64,000 nt of DNA from Candidatus Tenderia sp. (GCA_031416075.1 JANOSY010000017.1:64001-128000); one strand, 5' to 3'. Shown: positions 30,698 to 41,500, counted from the first letter of the stretch. Numbers and translations: made by a program. Notes: generated by a model not told the origin, from the letters alone.

Positions 30698-31330
30698 CTA
30701 AACCCAATGTCTTTTGTGAAAATTCATCAACACCAAGTTATTCTGCGTTGCCCCGTAATCAACCATAGCAATTGATGCCGGGTCAATACATAGCTGCCTA
30801 TAGGAGGAGATGGGCATGCCAAGTGCCTCAGATAGCAGAACCCTAATCGGCCCAACATGTGCAACCACAACAACCGTCTCACCACGATGTCGCGCAGCCG
30901 CTTCACGAACAAACGGCACAACCCTGTCAGCAAGATCGTAAACCGACTCCCCACTCATCGGTTTAAAAGCAGCTTGATCACTTTTCCACTCTTGATACTC
31001 CACGGCAAAATCACGCTCTATCTCGTGGAAATACAACCCTTCCCACACACCAAAGCGGCGCTCACAGAGCGACCCATCATAAACCACGGCAGAACCAGCG
31101 CTTCCTGACAACAAGATATCAGCCGTCATTTTTGTACGCAAAGAAGGGCTTACATAGAACGTTGCCGGACCCAGTCCACGCAAACATTCCTCTGCCTGCC
31201 ACGCCTGGGACATCCCCCTCTCATTAAGCGGCGGATCCTCAACCTCATCACAATAGATCTTATCCGTTGGAAAATCAGTCTCTCCATGACGAACAAATAC
31301 AACCCTGGTGCTGCGCTCTTTCTCTCTCAC
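30698..31330 (-). CDS. Histidine phosphatase family protein (CobC/GpmB-like)
   Basis: RHGET, SPSLRTKMT, ERRFGVWEG, GES, VAHVG. Confidence 0.9.
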   Translation of the reverse strand: MREKERSTRVVFVRHGETDFPTDKIYCDEVEDPPLNERGMSQAWQAEECLRGLGPATFYVSPSLRTKMTADILLSGSAGSAVVYDGSLCERRFGVWEGLYFHEIERDFAVEYQEWKSDQAAFKPMSGESVYDLADRVVPFVREAAARHRGETVVVVAHVGPIRVLLSEALGMPISSYRQLCIDPASIAMVDYGATQNNLVLMNFHKRHWV

Positions 31331-31375
31331 ACAGCCTCTCCACGTAAAGCAGCCGTCATCAGCAATACTCTGCCA

Positions 31376-31864
31376 TCATTCCGCCGTTTTAGCTGGGGCA
31401 CTACCCGCCGCCACCTCAGCCTTTGGGTCGCGCGAATTATGCTCCACCCAGCGTTTGTCACCTGCAGGAGTAGTTTCACACTTCCAGAAAGGTGCCCGCT
31501 CTTTCAGGTAGTTAATGATAAACCGGCACGCATCAAACGCATTAGCACGATGGGCAGACCATACAGCAACAAGGACAATGGCGTCGTTTGGATATATGTC
31601 ACCATGACGGTGCACCACCAAGCTATCCACAATATCCCACCGTTGGGCGGCCTCTTCGCAAACTTGCTCGATATGCTTCTCTGTCATGCCCGGATAATAG
31701 TCTAACCGCATGGCAGCAACATCTTGACCATCATTAAAGTCTCTCATAGTCCCGACAAATGTCACAACACCACCATGCTTCCCTCGTGGCAGGCTATTTT
31801 GGTAATCAGCCACCATCTGGCCCGGCTCAAAAGGAGACTCCTGAACGACAACTTTCATAACCAC
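31376..31864 (-). CDS. moaE: Molybdopterin synthase catalytic subunit
   Basis: TFVGTMRD, YYPGM, HRHG, SAHR..AF..C, LKERAPFWK. Confidence 0.95.
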   Translation of the reverse strand: MVMKVVVQESPFEPGQMVADYQNSLPRGKHGGVVTFVGTMRDFNDGQDVAAMRLDYYPGMTEKHIEQVCEEAAQRWDIVDSLVVHRHGDIYPNDAIVLVAVWSAHRANAFDACRFIINYLKERAPFWKCETTPAGDKRWVEHNSRDPKAEVAAGSAPAKTAE

Positions 31865-31865
31865 T

Positions 31866-32102
31866 TCACCCCCCTGTCACCGGCGGGAAAAATGCAAGCT
31901 CATCGCCATCTTTAAGCACCGCCGCCGCGTCCGTATATGACATGTTTACCGCAATCAAGGTGCTTGGGGGCATTGGCTTGCCTTCTGACACCATAGTCCA
32001 GACAGCAGCCACTGTCGAAGCATCTCCCCCGATTGACACTACCTCATCAGCGCACCCCATCCGGTCACGCATACTCGCAAAATACCTTACAGTCACGTTC
32101 AT
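31866..32102 (-). CDS. moaD: Molybdopterin synthase sulfur carrier
   Basis: VRYFASMRD, AVN, DELAFFPPVTGG. Confidence 0.95.
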   Translation of the reverse strand: MNVTVRYFASMRDRMGCADEVVSIGGDASTVAAVWTMVSEGKPMPPSTLIAVNMSYTDAAAVLKDGDELAFFPPVTGG

Positions 32103-32115
32103 TTCAGCCTCCGCA

Positions 32116-32601
32116 TTACCGCGCTTCACGCTGCCATGTGCCTGACTTACCACCCGACTTTGCCAGCAACCCGACGTCCTGTATCAGCATGCCACGATCC
32201 ACAGCCTTACACATGTCATATATGGTCAGCAGAGCAATCTGGACAGCCGTCAACGCTTCCATCTCAACACCGGTCTGCCCTTTGCATCGAACTTTAACCT
32301 GACAATAGACAGAGTTTTGCTCAGGCTCTGGAGACAAATCCAACTCCACATTAGTGAGCATGATCGGATGGCAAAGCGGCACCAAGTCAGAGGTCTTTTT
32401 TGCGCCCATTATACCCGCAACCCGAGCGATACCAAGCACATCGCCCTTCTTGTGGTTTCCCTGCATGATCTTTTCCAGAGTGGTCGCCTCCATAAAGATC
32501 CTGCCTTCAGCAACCGCCTCCCGCTCTGTCTCTGCCTTGGCTCCAACATCTACCATGTGGGCCTCACCTGCGGCATTAAAATGGGTTAATTCACTCATCA
32601 T
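32116..32601 (-). CDS. moaC: Cyclic pyranopterin monophosphate synthase
   Basis: [32 protein letters not shown]. Confidence 0.97.
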   Translation of the reverse strand: MMSELTHFNAAGEAHMVDVGAKAETEREAVAEGRIFMEATTLEKIMQGNHKKGDVLGIARVAGIMGAKKTSDLVPLCHPIMLTNVELDLSPEPEQNSVYCQVKVRCKGQTGVEMEALTAVQIALLTIYDMCKAVDRGMLIQDVGLLAKSGGKSGTWQREAR

Positions 32602-32682
32602 TCACTCGCTTATATTTTCCAATAAAAACAACACCCTGTTTGCCGCAACAAACAAGGCGCTAACGTCAGCGACAACTAATCT

Positions 32683-33804
32683 CTACCCACCTATCTGGGT
32701 CATACTGACACGACCAATATCCTTGACTGAAACCTGATGTGCAGATGAAGCCTTTTTGGAGTCAAACCCATCTTTTTCTTTATCCATGAAGGCTTTACGG
32801 AATGTACTGGCGATATCATCATCACTGCAATTATCCCTGATCATCTCTCTTAAGCTGTATTCTTTATCAGAGTAAAGGCAGTTGCGGATATTACCATCGG
32901 CAGTCACGCGAATTCTGGAGCAGTTACCACACAGGCTGCGCGTAAATGCAGGTATAACCGCTATTTTACCTTGGTACCCTGGCGCTTGAAAAATATGGTG
33001 TTCCGTACGTGTTCCCGGCGCTGACTGGATACCAGGGTACATTTTTTCAATCTGATTTACCAAGCTTTCCGCACTCGCAAAATGAACCCCGCTCTCCCAT
33101 ATTTGATGTGCGTCAAACGGCATGAACTCTATAAATCGCACAGTCAAGCGCTGATCGCGGGTCATTTCAGTAAAAGCCCCAAGCTCATCTTCATTGAACC
33201 CGCGCATGAGCACAATATTAACTTTTACCCGTGGAAAGCCCATATCCAGAGCACGCCTGATGCTGTTTTGAACCTTATCCACACCTTCGCGGCGCGTTAT
33301 CCGAACAAATTTCTCTGCGTCCAGCGTATCAAGACTGATATTGACGCCTGTCAACCCAGCGTCTCTCAACCCTTGTGCATATCTATCAAAAAGCAACCCA
33401 TTCGTGGTCACGTGCACAGATTTAATGCCGGGCGTTCCCGCAGCCCCAGCCACCAAATCAACAATATCCTTACGAACCAATGGTTCTCCGCCTGTATAAC
33501 GGACTTTTTTTATCCCCATGCGCGCCAAAACACCCACTATGCGCATTATCTCATCACTTTTAAGGATTTTATCGCGCCCCTGGAAGTCAACCCCCTCTTC
33601 GGGCATGCAGTATGTGCAGCGGAGATTACACTTCTCCGTCACAGCTACTCTGACGTAATCAAACGTGCGGCCAAAACGGTCTTGCAGGGGGGGTAACGGG
33701 TTCAGGACTGGAGCAGCCCCAACATGTTGACCCTGATCAGCAGGCATATGCTCTACTTTATTTTCTTGATTTAGCTTCATAACAGTCTGACTGACAGCAT
33801 CCAT
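32683..33804 (-). CDS. moaA: GTP 3',8-cyclase
   Basis: CNLRCTYCMP, TGGEPL, RFIEFMP, CGNCSRIRVTADG, C-terminal IGG. Confidence 0.97.
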   Translation of the reverse strand: MDAVSQTVMKLNQENKVEHMPADQGQHVGAAPVLNPLPPLQDRFGRTFDYVRVAVTEKCNLRCTYCMPEEGVDFQGRDKILKSDEIMRIVGVLARMGIKKVRYTGGEPLVRKDIVDLVAGAAGTPGIKSVHVTTNGLLFDRYAQGLRDAGLTGVNISLDTLDAEKFVRITRREGVDKVQNSIRRALDMGFPRVKVNIVLMRGFNEDELGAFTEMTRDQRLTVRFIEFMPFDAHQIWESGVHFASAESLVNQIEKMYPGIQSAPGTRTEHHIFQAPGYQGKIAVIPAFTRSLCGNCSRIRVTADGNIRNCLYSDKEYSLREMIRDNCSDDDIASTFRKAFMDKEKDGFDSKKASSAHQVSVKDIGRVSMTQIGG

Positions 33805-34214
33805 ATTTAATTCTCCCCCTCGCTCAATAACAGCTACTCACATTGCACGACATTAGTCACTAAAACCAAACATGTGATGTGCGCTTTATTAACAAGGCTT
33901 TTAGCGTGCACCAACCATGCAGACCATTGAAACGAACTGTTCGCTCACAGCCACATGGCTACTACTGTAATTATCGGCACCCATCTACTGCTGCTTTAAG
34001 CACCGCACCTAGAATATCCACGATATCCACCTAGCACCTAGCGTTGACGGGGCAATCATAGCGAATCGCTGCCGCACAAACAAGCCGCGATATAACCACA
34101 CAAACAACACTGGATTCAATGAGATAAGCTTATTCCGCACCACTAGCATGCTTGACAGTCACACAAAAAGGGGTAAAGCTCCTGTGCTCAATTATAAAAA
34201 AACAGTTGGATAAC

Positions 34215-35147
34215 ATGAACCTAACTATGCATAGCAGTCATTGGTCTCAGCTCCCCCCGCTAGAGATTGCCCGCTCTCACCCTTCTGTTGCCAGTCATAA
34301 CGGCAAGATCTACGTATTTGGTGGCGGCGGACCTGGCTTCAAAAGCATGAACTCCTCTGTTTGCTACAACCCCGTCGACGACACCTGGAGCAAATTCAAG
34401 GATATGCCCACCCTGCGCTCCGGCACCATGGCAGCCACCATTGGCGACCGTATTTTTGTCATGGGCGGCGGATTTCGCCAGGAGAATGGCATGTTCCGTT
34501 TTTTGACAACGGTGGAAATCTACCATCCGGAATCGGATAGCTGGGAGACTGGCCCCAGCCTGCTGATGCCACACGACTATCCAGCTGTCGCAGTTTTAGG
34601 AGAGACTATTTACATCCTAGGTGGACACCATCCTGATGCAACGCAAGGCGGGCCGAAATCTGACCCAGGCTTTGACTTTTGCGAGCGGCTTGATACTAAC
34701 GGCGGAACGTGGGAGGCTATCACACCATTGCACGTACCCCGCTTTGCCCTGTCCGCCACGGCGGTTGACGGCAAAATATTGGCCATGGGTGGCGTCGCCT
34801 TCCGCCCCGAGGGATTTAACAACTTCACCACCATAGAAATTTTTGACCCCGCCACGAATAGCTGGTCTCACGACGATACGCTTGCGCTCCCCTGGGTAGC
34901 AGCAGGCTTGGGCAGCGCACGGGTTGGCGACAATCTCTATATCTTTGGCGGCTATAGCGATGACAGCATTCATAACCGCACCGCTTACTACTCTTTGACC
35001 AACAAACAGTGGCATCAAGCAGCAGCATTGCCCTCTCCGGTCGCTGCCATGGGCGTGACTGTTTGTGATGGCACCATATATAGCATTGGTGGCTGGGCCA
35101 ACGATGGGCGGACCCCCATCACCGAGGCATTTCGCTTTACACCATGA
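34215..35147 (+). CDS. Kelch-repeat beta-propeller protein (cytoplasmic)
   Basis: About six repeats of IY/F-x-x-GG ... W ... P; no signal peptide; start uncertain. Confidence 0.85.
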   Translation: MNLTMHSSHWSQLPPLEIARSHPSVASHNGKIYVFGGGGPGFKSMNSSVCYNPVDDTWSKFKDMPTLRSGTMAATIGDRIFVMGGGFRQENGMFRFLTTVEIYHPESDSWETGPSLLMPHDYPAVAVLGETIYILGGHHPDATQGGPKSDPGFDFCERLDTNGGTWEAITPLHVPRFALSATAVDGKILAMGGVAFRPEGFNNFTTIEIFDPATNSWSHDDTLALPWVAAGLGSARVGDNLYIFGGYSDDSIHNRTAYYSLTNKQWHQAAALPSPVAAMGVTVCDGTIYSIGGWANDGRTPITEAFRFTP

Positions 35148-35917
35148 TTGCACGGGAGTTCAGCAACGCTCAGCTCAGCCGCTACAGCCGCCACCTGCTC
35201 CTGCCGGAAATTGATCTGGAGGGGCAGTCCCGTCTGGCCCTGGCCAAAGTGCTTATTATTGGCGCTGGCGGCCTGGGATCGCCAACAGCCATGTATTTAG
35301 CCAGTAGTGGTGTCGGCAAAATCACTGTGTTTGACCATGACCATGTGGACTTGGGCAATTTACAGCGCCAGATCGCTTTTCGCACCCACGATATCGACAC
35401 ACCCAAGGCGGCGCGCCTCTGCCAAGCCATACAAGAGCTGAACCCCGATGTCGAAACCGAGGCCGTTTGCCGCCGCGCCGAGGGGCAGCCCTTACTGGAG
35501 GCCGTGGCCAGTGCCGACATCGTGATCGATGCCTGCGACAACTTTGAGACCCGTTTCGCCATCAGCCAGGCATGCTTTACCAGCAACACCCCCTCAGTCA
35601 GCGGCGCAGCCATCCGCTTTCAGGGCCAAGTCACTGTGTTTGATCCACGCCAACCCAATAGCCCCTGCTACCACTGTCTTTACCATGAAGAAGGGCTGCT
35701 GGCCGAAGAGAGCTGTCGCGAGCGCGGGGTGTTTGCCCCCCTTGTTGGCATCATCGGCAGCATACAGGCCGCAGAAGCACTAAAACTCCTACTGGGAATA
35801 GGGCAATCACTCACTGCGCGGCTACTGATCATCGATGCTCTCACCATGATACCGAGGAGCATCAACCTGCCTGCCGACCCCAACTGCCCCAACTGCGGGG
35901 GCCATCACAAAACTTAG
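35144..35917 (+). CDS. moeB: Molybdopterin-synthase adenylyltransferase (MoeB/ThiF family)
   Basis: RYSRH, GAGGLG, NLQRQ, DNFETR, CYHC, C-terminal CPNC. Confidence 0.85.
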   Translation: MIAREFSNAQLSRYSRHLLLPEIDLEGQSRLALAKVLIIGAGGLGSPTAMYLASSGVGKITVFDHDHVDLGNLQRQIAFRTHDIDTPKAARLCQAIQELNPDVETEAVCRRAEGQPLLEAVASADIVIDACDNFETRFAISQACFTSNTPSVSGAAIRFQGQVTVFDPRQPNSPCYHCLYHEEGLLAEESCRERGVFAPLVGIIGSIQAAEALKLLLGIGQSLTARLLIIDALTMIPRSINLPADPNCPNCGGHHKT

Positions 35918-35919
35918 CT

Positions 35920-35955
35920 TTGCAATTGCTTCTGTTTGACTTAGAATAGCGCCCC
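35920..35955 (+). promoter_or_regulatory. Putative sigma70 promoter of the rpsU operon
   Basis: TTGCAA-16 nt-TAGAAT followed by a GC-rich discriminator (AGCGCCCC). Confidence 0.55.
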
Positions 35956-36005
35956 TTTGTTGTATTCAGCGTGAATTTAACTTTTAATTTAGGAAACGAA
36001 TATTT

Positions 36006-36221
36006 ATGCCATCGGTACGCCTCAGAGAAAACGAACCGTTTGAAGTTGCAATGCGCCGCTTCAAGCGTACCTGCGAAAAGGCTGGCATTCTGGCCGAAAT
36101 CCGTAGCCGTGAATTCTATGAAAAACCCACTGCCATTCGCAAGCGCAAAGCTGCTGCTGCTGTCAAGCGCCAGCACAAGAAGGTAATGCGTGATATTTCT
36201 CAGCGTAAACGCCTCTATTAA
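36006..36221 (+). CDS. rpsU: 30S ribosomal protein S21
   Basis: [22 protein letters not shown]. Confidence 0.98.
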   Translation: MPSVRLRENEPFEVAMRRFKRTCEKAGILAEIRSREFYEKPTAIRKRKAAAAVKRQHKKVMRDISQRKRLY

Positions 36222-36248
36222 GACTCGCTCTAGTCGGCAGCCACTCCT

Positions 36249-36704
36249 GTGACCACACTCAGAGAGCGCCTCAAAGAAGAGATGAAGACCGCCATGCGCG
36301 CCAAAGAGAAGGTGCGCCTGGGGGTCATTCGCCTCGTTTTAGCGGCTATTCAGCAGAAAGAGATTGATGAACGCGTCACGCTGGATAGCGACGATGCAAT
36401 TACCGCCGTCATTGACAAAATGATCAAACAGCGTCGCGATTCCATTACTCAATACCAAAATGCCCAACGTCAAGATCTGGTAGATGTTGAACAGCACGAG
36501 CTGGTGCTCCTTATGGAGTACATGCCTAAACAGCTGAGCACGGTCGAAATCGAGGCGGAACTTGCCGACATCATCGCCAGCACGGGGGCCGCTGGCCCAC
36601 AAGACATCGGCAAAGTGATGGGGGCCGCCAAGGGCAAGTTCCAAGGCCGTGCCGACATGGGGCAGGTCAACCAACTGGTTAAAAGCACACTCGCCGCACT
36701 TTAA
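36249..36704 (+). CDS. yqeY: GatB/YqeY domain protein
   Basis: MKTAMRAKEK, KQRRDSI, PKQL, GKVMG, GRADM; usual position between rpsU and dnaG. Confidence 0.9.
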   Translation: MTTLRERLKEEMKTAMRAKEKVRLGVIRLVLAAIQQKEIDERVTLDSDDAITAVIDKMIKQRRDSITQYQNAQRQDLVDVEQHELVLLMEYMPKQLSTVEIEAELADIIASTGAAGPQDIGKVMGAAKGKFQGRADMGQVNQLVKSTLAAL

Positions 36705-36761
36705 TACCGCCGCCATCACGGCTACACTGACGGCACTCACTGCAACCCTGAAGAGACCAGC

Positions 36762-38549
36762 ATGGCCGGTCGCATCCCGCAACACTTCATAGATGAACTT
36801 CTAAATCGTATCGATATTGTCGATCTGATCGATAGCCGCGTCCCATTACGCAAAGCCGGGCGTGATTTCCAGGCCCGCTGCCCCTTCCATGAGGAAAAAA
36901 GTCCCTCTTTCACAGTCAGCCAGACCAAGCAGTTCTACCACTGCTTCGGCTGCGGTGCCCACGGCAGCGCCATCAGCTTTTTAATGGAGCATGATCACCT
37001 GGATTTTATCGAGGCCATTAAAGAGCTGGCCGACAAAGCAGGCGTTGTGCTGCCCTCCGCCGAGGAAGAGCACACTTACAAAGCCATCGACAAAGATCTC
37101 TATGGCGTTATGGAGGAGGCCTGCAACTTCTATCGCCAGCAGTTACGCAGCCACACCGACGGCCCTAAAGCGGTGGAATACCTCAAAGGACGAGGCCTCA
37201 CCGGCCAGATCGCCAACGACTTTGGCATCGGCTTCGCCCCGCCCGGCTGGGACAGTCTGCTCAAAACCGCGGGCGGTTCGCGTCAGCGAGAAGCCCAGCT
37301 GGCGACCACCGGCATGGCCATTACCAAAGAGGACGGACGGCACTACGACCGTTTTCGCAATCGCATCATGTTTCCGATCCGCGACCGCCGCGGCCGCATC
37401 ATCGCCTTTGGCGGACGCGTGATCGACAAGAATGACACCCCCAAATACCTCAACTCCCCCGAGTCGCCCCTATTCCACAAAGGAAAAGAGCTTTACGGAC
37501 TTTACGAGGCGCGCCAGGCACAGCGCCAAATCGACCGTCTGTTGGTCGTGGAGGGCTACATGGACGTAGTGGCTCTGGCTCAACACGGCATCTGTTATGC
37601 CGTCGCTACCCTGGGCACCGCGCTGACAACCGACCACATTGCCCCCCTCTACCGCACCACACAAGAGGTGGTTTTCTGCTTTGACGGCGACCGTGCCGGA
37701 CGTGACGCCGCCTGGAAGGCCCTCGACATCATGCTGCCGGAGCTGAACGAGGGACGTACTGCCCGTTTTATGTTCCTGGCTGACGGTGAAGACCCTGACA
37801 CCCTGGTGCGTAAAATTGGCCAGGAGGCCTTTGAGCTGGAAATCAAAAATGCTGTTCCACTCTCCACCTTCCTGCTCGACAATCTATTGCAGCAGGTCGA
37901 CATGGGCGCTATCGACGGACGGGCCCGTCTGGTTGAGCTTGTCCGACCCAAACTGGCCAAGATCAACAATGCGGTGTTCAGACGCATGCTGATCAACGCA
38001 CTGGCCACCCGCATCCACATCAACGCCCAAGAGCTATTACAGCTACTGGGCGAGAAGTCAGCGCCCATCAATCAGACAAAACGACCTCGTCAGCAACAGC
38101 ACAACATCGAGTCACGCAAACTCTCCCCTATCCGCACCGCCATCACGCTACTGCTAAACCACCCGAGTCTGGCGCAATCTGCCGGTGATCCCCAGCGATA
38201 TCTCCAACTCACGGAACCCGGGATACGGCTTTTGGTCGAACTCCTTGAACTTGCCCGCAACAATCCCCATATCAACTGCGGCACTATTTTAGAAAGGTGG
38301 CGAGACCGCCCTGAGGGCAAACACCTAAGCAAGCTAGCCAGCGCCCCTGTTTACCACACGACCAATGAGGGGCTGGAGATGGAGTTCCATGACACATTGA
38401 GGCTACTCGACCGGCAACGTGTGGAACAGGAACATGAACGACTCAGGCGCAAAAGCGAAACCGGCCCACTCAGCCAAGAGGAAAAACGTAAATTCACACA
38501 GCTCTTATCCGAGAAACACGCCTTGGCACAACCCAGCAACAACCGCTAA
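36762..38549 (+). CDS. dnaG: DNA primase
   Basis: CPFH...CFGC zinc finger, KYLNSPE, EGYMD, FDGD.AG. Confidence 0.98.
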   Translation: MAGRIPQHFIDELLNRIDIVDLIDSRVPLRKAGRDFQARCPFHEEKSPSFTVSQTKQFYHCFGCGAHGSAISFLMEHDHLDFIEAIKELADKAGVVLPSAEEEHTYKAIDKDLYGVMEEACNFYRQQLRSHTDGPKAVEYLKGRGLTGQIANDFGIGFAPPGWDSLLKTAGGSRQREAQLATTGMAITKEDGRHYDRFRNRIMFPIRDRRGRIIAFGGRVIDKNDTPKYLNSPESPLFHKGKELYGLYEARQAQRQIDRLLVVEGYMDVVALAQHGICYAVATLGTALTTDHIAPLYRTTQEVVFCFDGDRAGRDAAWKALDIMLPELNEGRTARFMFLADGEDPDTLVRKIGQEAFELEIKNAVPLSTFLLDNLLQQVDMGAIDGRARLVELVRPKLAKINNAVFRRMLINALATRIHINAQELLQLLGEKSAPINQTKRPRQQQHNIESRKLSPIRTAITLLLNHPSLAQSAGDPQRYLQLTEPGIRLLVELLELARNNPHINCGTILERWRDRPEGKHLSKLASAPVYHTTNEGLEMEFHDTLRLLDRQRVEQEHERLRRKSETGPLSQEEKRKFTQLLSEKHALAQPSNNR

Positions 38550-38679
38550 CCTCTGCGTGCTCAACAACCCTCGGCGGAGAAAAGTGAGCATGCCTACTGA
38601 TTTTGATATAGAATGATCGGCTATTTTTTGGCCGTCCAGTGATCTTTCGACATCCACGAACGTGAGACTTTAGAGATAT

Positions 38680-40527
38680 ATGAGCCGCGAGCAACAAGAA
38701 TCACAGATCAAATTACTCATCGCCAAAGGGAAGGAGCAAGGCTACCTAACCTATCGCGAGGTCAACGACCATCTGCCTGATGAGATCGTCGATCCTGAGC
38801 AGATCGAAGACATCGTCAACATGATCAATGATATGGGCATACCCGTCCATGAGGTTGCTCCCGACGCCGACAGTCTGATTCTCTCTGACAATGCGGTCAC
38901 CGATGATGACGCCGCTGACGAAGCGGCCGCCACTCTCGCCACCGTTGACATCGAGTTTGGCCGTACCACCGACCCTGTCCGTATGTATATGCGTGAAATG
39001 GGCACAGTGGAGCTATTAACACGTGAAGGCGAAATCAAAATCGCCAAACGCATCGAAGACGGGCTACTCCAGGTCAATAGCGCACTCGCCAGCCACAGCA
39101 ACAGCATTAGCCGCCTGCTCGAAGAGTACGATCGTGTCGCTGCGGGCGAAGCACGTCTCGCCGAAATTATCCGCGGTTTCATTGATCCCAATGCGGGTGA
39201 CAATGACGAGCTGCCCGTACCCGTCATCCCCACCAGCACAGCTGCCAGCAAAAACAGTGACGATGATTCGGATGAAGATAGCGACGACTCCTCCGATGAA
39301 GCCAGCACCGATACGGGGCCGGATCCGGAAGAGGCGCGCCTGCGCATGGTGGCGCTGTCCGAGCTATACGACAAATATAAAGCCACACTCAAAAAACATG
39401 GTTTGGATGATGGCAAACTCGCACCACTACGCCAACAGATGGCCGACGCATTTTTGGAGTTCAAGCTCGCTCCCCAGTTTAACGACAGGCTGGTCAATGA
39501 GCTGCGCGACATCATCGAACGGATTCGCAGCCACGAACGTATCATCATGGACATCTGTGTCGAACAGGCACACATGCCACGTAAAGAGTTCATCACCTCT
39601 TTCCCTGACAACGAAACCAATCTCGACTGGTTGGATCAGCAGATCAAGTCGAAAAAGAGCTTTGCCAATATTCTCAAAGAGCATGAAGAGGATATCCGCA
39701 ATGCCCAACGTCAACTGATCAGCATTCAGAACCAGTGCGGTCTCACCATATCCAGCATCAAGGATATAAACCGCAAAATCTCCGTTGGTGAGGCCAAAGC
39801 CCGCCGCGCCAAAAAAGAGATGGTCGAAGCTAACTTACGTCTGGTTATCTCCATTGCCAAAAAATATACCAACCGCGGCCTGCAGTTCCTCGACCTGATC
39901 CAGGAAGGCAACATCGGCTTGATGAAGGCAGTCGACAAGTTTGAATACCGTCGCGGTTACAAATTCTCAACCTATGCAACATGGTGGATTCGTCAGGCGA
40001 TCACCCGCTCGATTGCTGACCAGGCACGCACCATCCGTATTCCGGTGCACATGATCGAGACCATCAACAAGCTCAACCGCATCTCACGCCAGATGTTGCA
40101 GGAGATGGGCCGCGAAGCGACCCCGGAAGAGCTGGCCGTGCGCATGGAGATGCCTGAAGACAAGATCCGCAAAGTGCTCAAAATCGCCAAAGAGCCCATC
40201 TCCATGGAGACACCCATCGGCGACGACGAAGACTCCCATCTGGGTGACTTCATCGAAGACAGCAACGTCTTGGCGCCACCGGAGTCAGCAACCATTGAAG
40301 GGCTCAAAGAGGCCACGCAAGAGGTTTTGGAAAGCCTTACCGCGCGCGAAGCCAAAGTACTGCGCATGCGTTTTGGTATCGACATGAATACCGACCACAC
40401 GCTTGAAGAGGTTGGCAAACAGTTTGACGTCACTCGCGAACGTATTCGTCAGATAGAGGCCAAGGCACTGCGCAAACTGCGCCACCCGACCCGCTCGGAA
40501 AACCTTCGCAGCTTCTTGCAAGACTAA
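38680..40527 (+). CDS. rpoD: RNA polymerase sigma factor 70
   Basis: [38 protein letters not shown]. Confidence 0.99.
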   Translation: MSREQQESQIKLLIAKGKEQGYLTYREVNDHLPDEIVDPEQIEDIVNMINDMGIPVHEVAPDADSLILSDNAVTDDDAADEAAATLATVDIEFGRTTDPVRMYMREMGTVELLTREGEIKIAKRIEDGLLQVNSALASHSNSISRLLEEYDRVAAGEARLAEIIRGFIDPNAGDNDELPVPVIPTSTAASKNSDDDSDEDSDDSSDEASTDTGPDPEEARLRMVALSELYDKYKATLKKHGLDDGKLAPLRQQMADAFLEFKLAPQFNDRLVNELRDIIERIRSHERIIMDICVEQAHMPRKEFITSFPDNETNLDWLDQQIKSKKSFANILKEHEEDIRNAQRQLISIQNQCGLTISSIKDINRKISVGEAKARRAKKEMVEANLRLVISIAKKYTNRGLQFLDLIQEGNIGLMKAVDKFEYRRGYKFSTYATWWIRQAITRSIADQARTIRIPVHMIETINKLNRISRQMLQEMGREATPEELAVRMEMPEDKIRKVLKIAKEPISMETPIGDDEDSHLGDFIEDSNVLAPPESATIEGLKEATQEVLESLTAREAKVLRMRFGIDMNTDHTLEEVGKQFDVTRERIRQIEAKALRKLRHPTRSENLRSFLQD

Positions 40528-40531
40528 AAAC

Positions 40532-40573
40532 AAAATACCCGCCGCATCCAATAGATGCGGCGGGTATTTTTTT
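40532..40573 (+). terminator. rpoD intrinsic terminator
   Basis: AAAATACCCGCCGCATC-loop-GATGCGGCGGGTATTTTTTT. Confidence 0.9.
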
Positions 40574-40642
40574 CAGTAGCAGATACACAGTGTACCTAGC
40601 GAGCAAACACTGCACAGGTTATACTGCACGGCACAAATTAAA

Positions 40643-40719
<77 letters not shown>

Positions 40720-40907
40720 ACTATATCAATTAGTTACAAACACCTTCCAGCTTTTAGAATTCTAAAATTTTCCCGTGTAGACACGGTGTAGACACTCCAT
40801 GAAGCGCTCTCCCCCCTGACCAACAGCTAACACTAATTTCCATAACCTCTCAGCTCGCCAATCAGCTTGATAAATTCGCGGCCATACCTGAGTATATACA
40901 CGAACAA

Positions 40908-40967
40908 AACCCGCCAAGCCTCTGCCTTATCATGAGGGAACGCTCAAACCGGTGGGTTACTTTTTTC
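40908..40967 (+). ncRNA. Putative structured RNA, divergent copy of the Abi leader element
   Basis: AACCCGCC...GGTGGGTT-ACTTTTTTC, same architecture and 3' end as 41686-41740. Confidence 0.45.
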
Positions 40968-41063
40968 AACCCCTTATCCATAAACCAGCCAAACATAAAT
41001 ATGCTCACCTAATTAAGTTCGGTAAGATTAAGTTGGCTATGAAACGTGGCCGCTAATATTCAT

Positions 41064-41099
41064 AACAACACCCCTCACGCCTCTCCATGGAAGCGCACC
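41064..41099 (+). repeat. 5' part of the Abi leader element (truncated copy)
   Basis: 34/36 identical to 41686-41721. Confidence 0.85.
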
Positions 41100-41100
41100 C

Positions 41101-41500
41101 CCTACACCAAGCTCACGCTACAAGCTCAACTTGAGCAGCTGGGTGCATATTGGCTCCCCTTTGAGCATGACCACGCCAACCACCGCACCAGCACCAGTTT
41201 TGAGTAAATCCTGAAGCTTTACGACTTTGACCGGGGTTTACGACTCTTGATCATGGATGCCGTGAAGCGCATTGAGTATCCATCCGTGCCAAACTGGCTT
41301 ATGTGTTGGGCCATAAATACAACCCACACCTTAACCACTCAATCTATTTTGATCCCATCGAATATGAACGCTCCATCACCTATCTGGAACAAGAGGTTGA
41401 ACACACTAATGAAGAGTTCATCAATCACTTACAAAATCCCACCAAAAACGGTCTTTTTCATATAAACAGTTACTGGGGATGGGTCTTTCCACTTAAATAA
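41101..41500 (+). pseudogene. Abi_2/AbiF family pseudogene
   Basis: LGAYWLPFEHDH, stop, LYDFDRGLRLLIMDAVKRIE, frameshift, IRAKLAYVLGHKY; collinear with the intact Abi protein. Confidence 0.85.
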
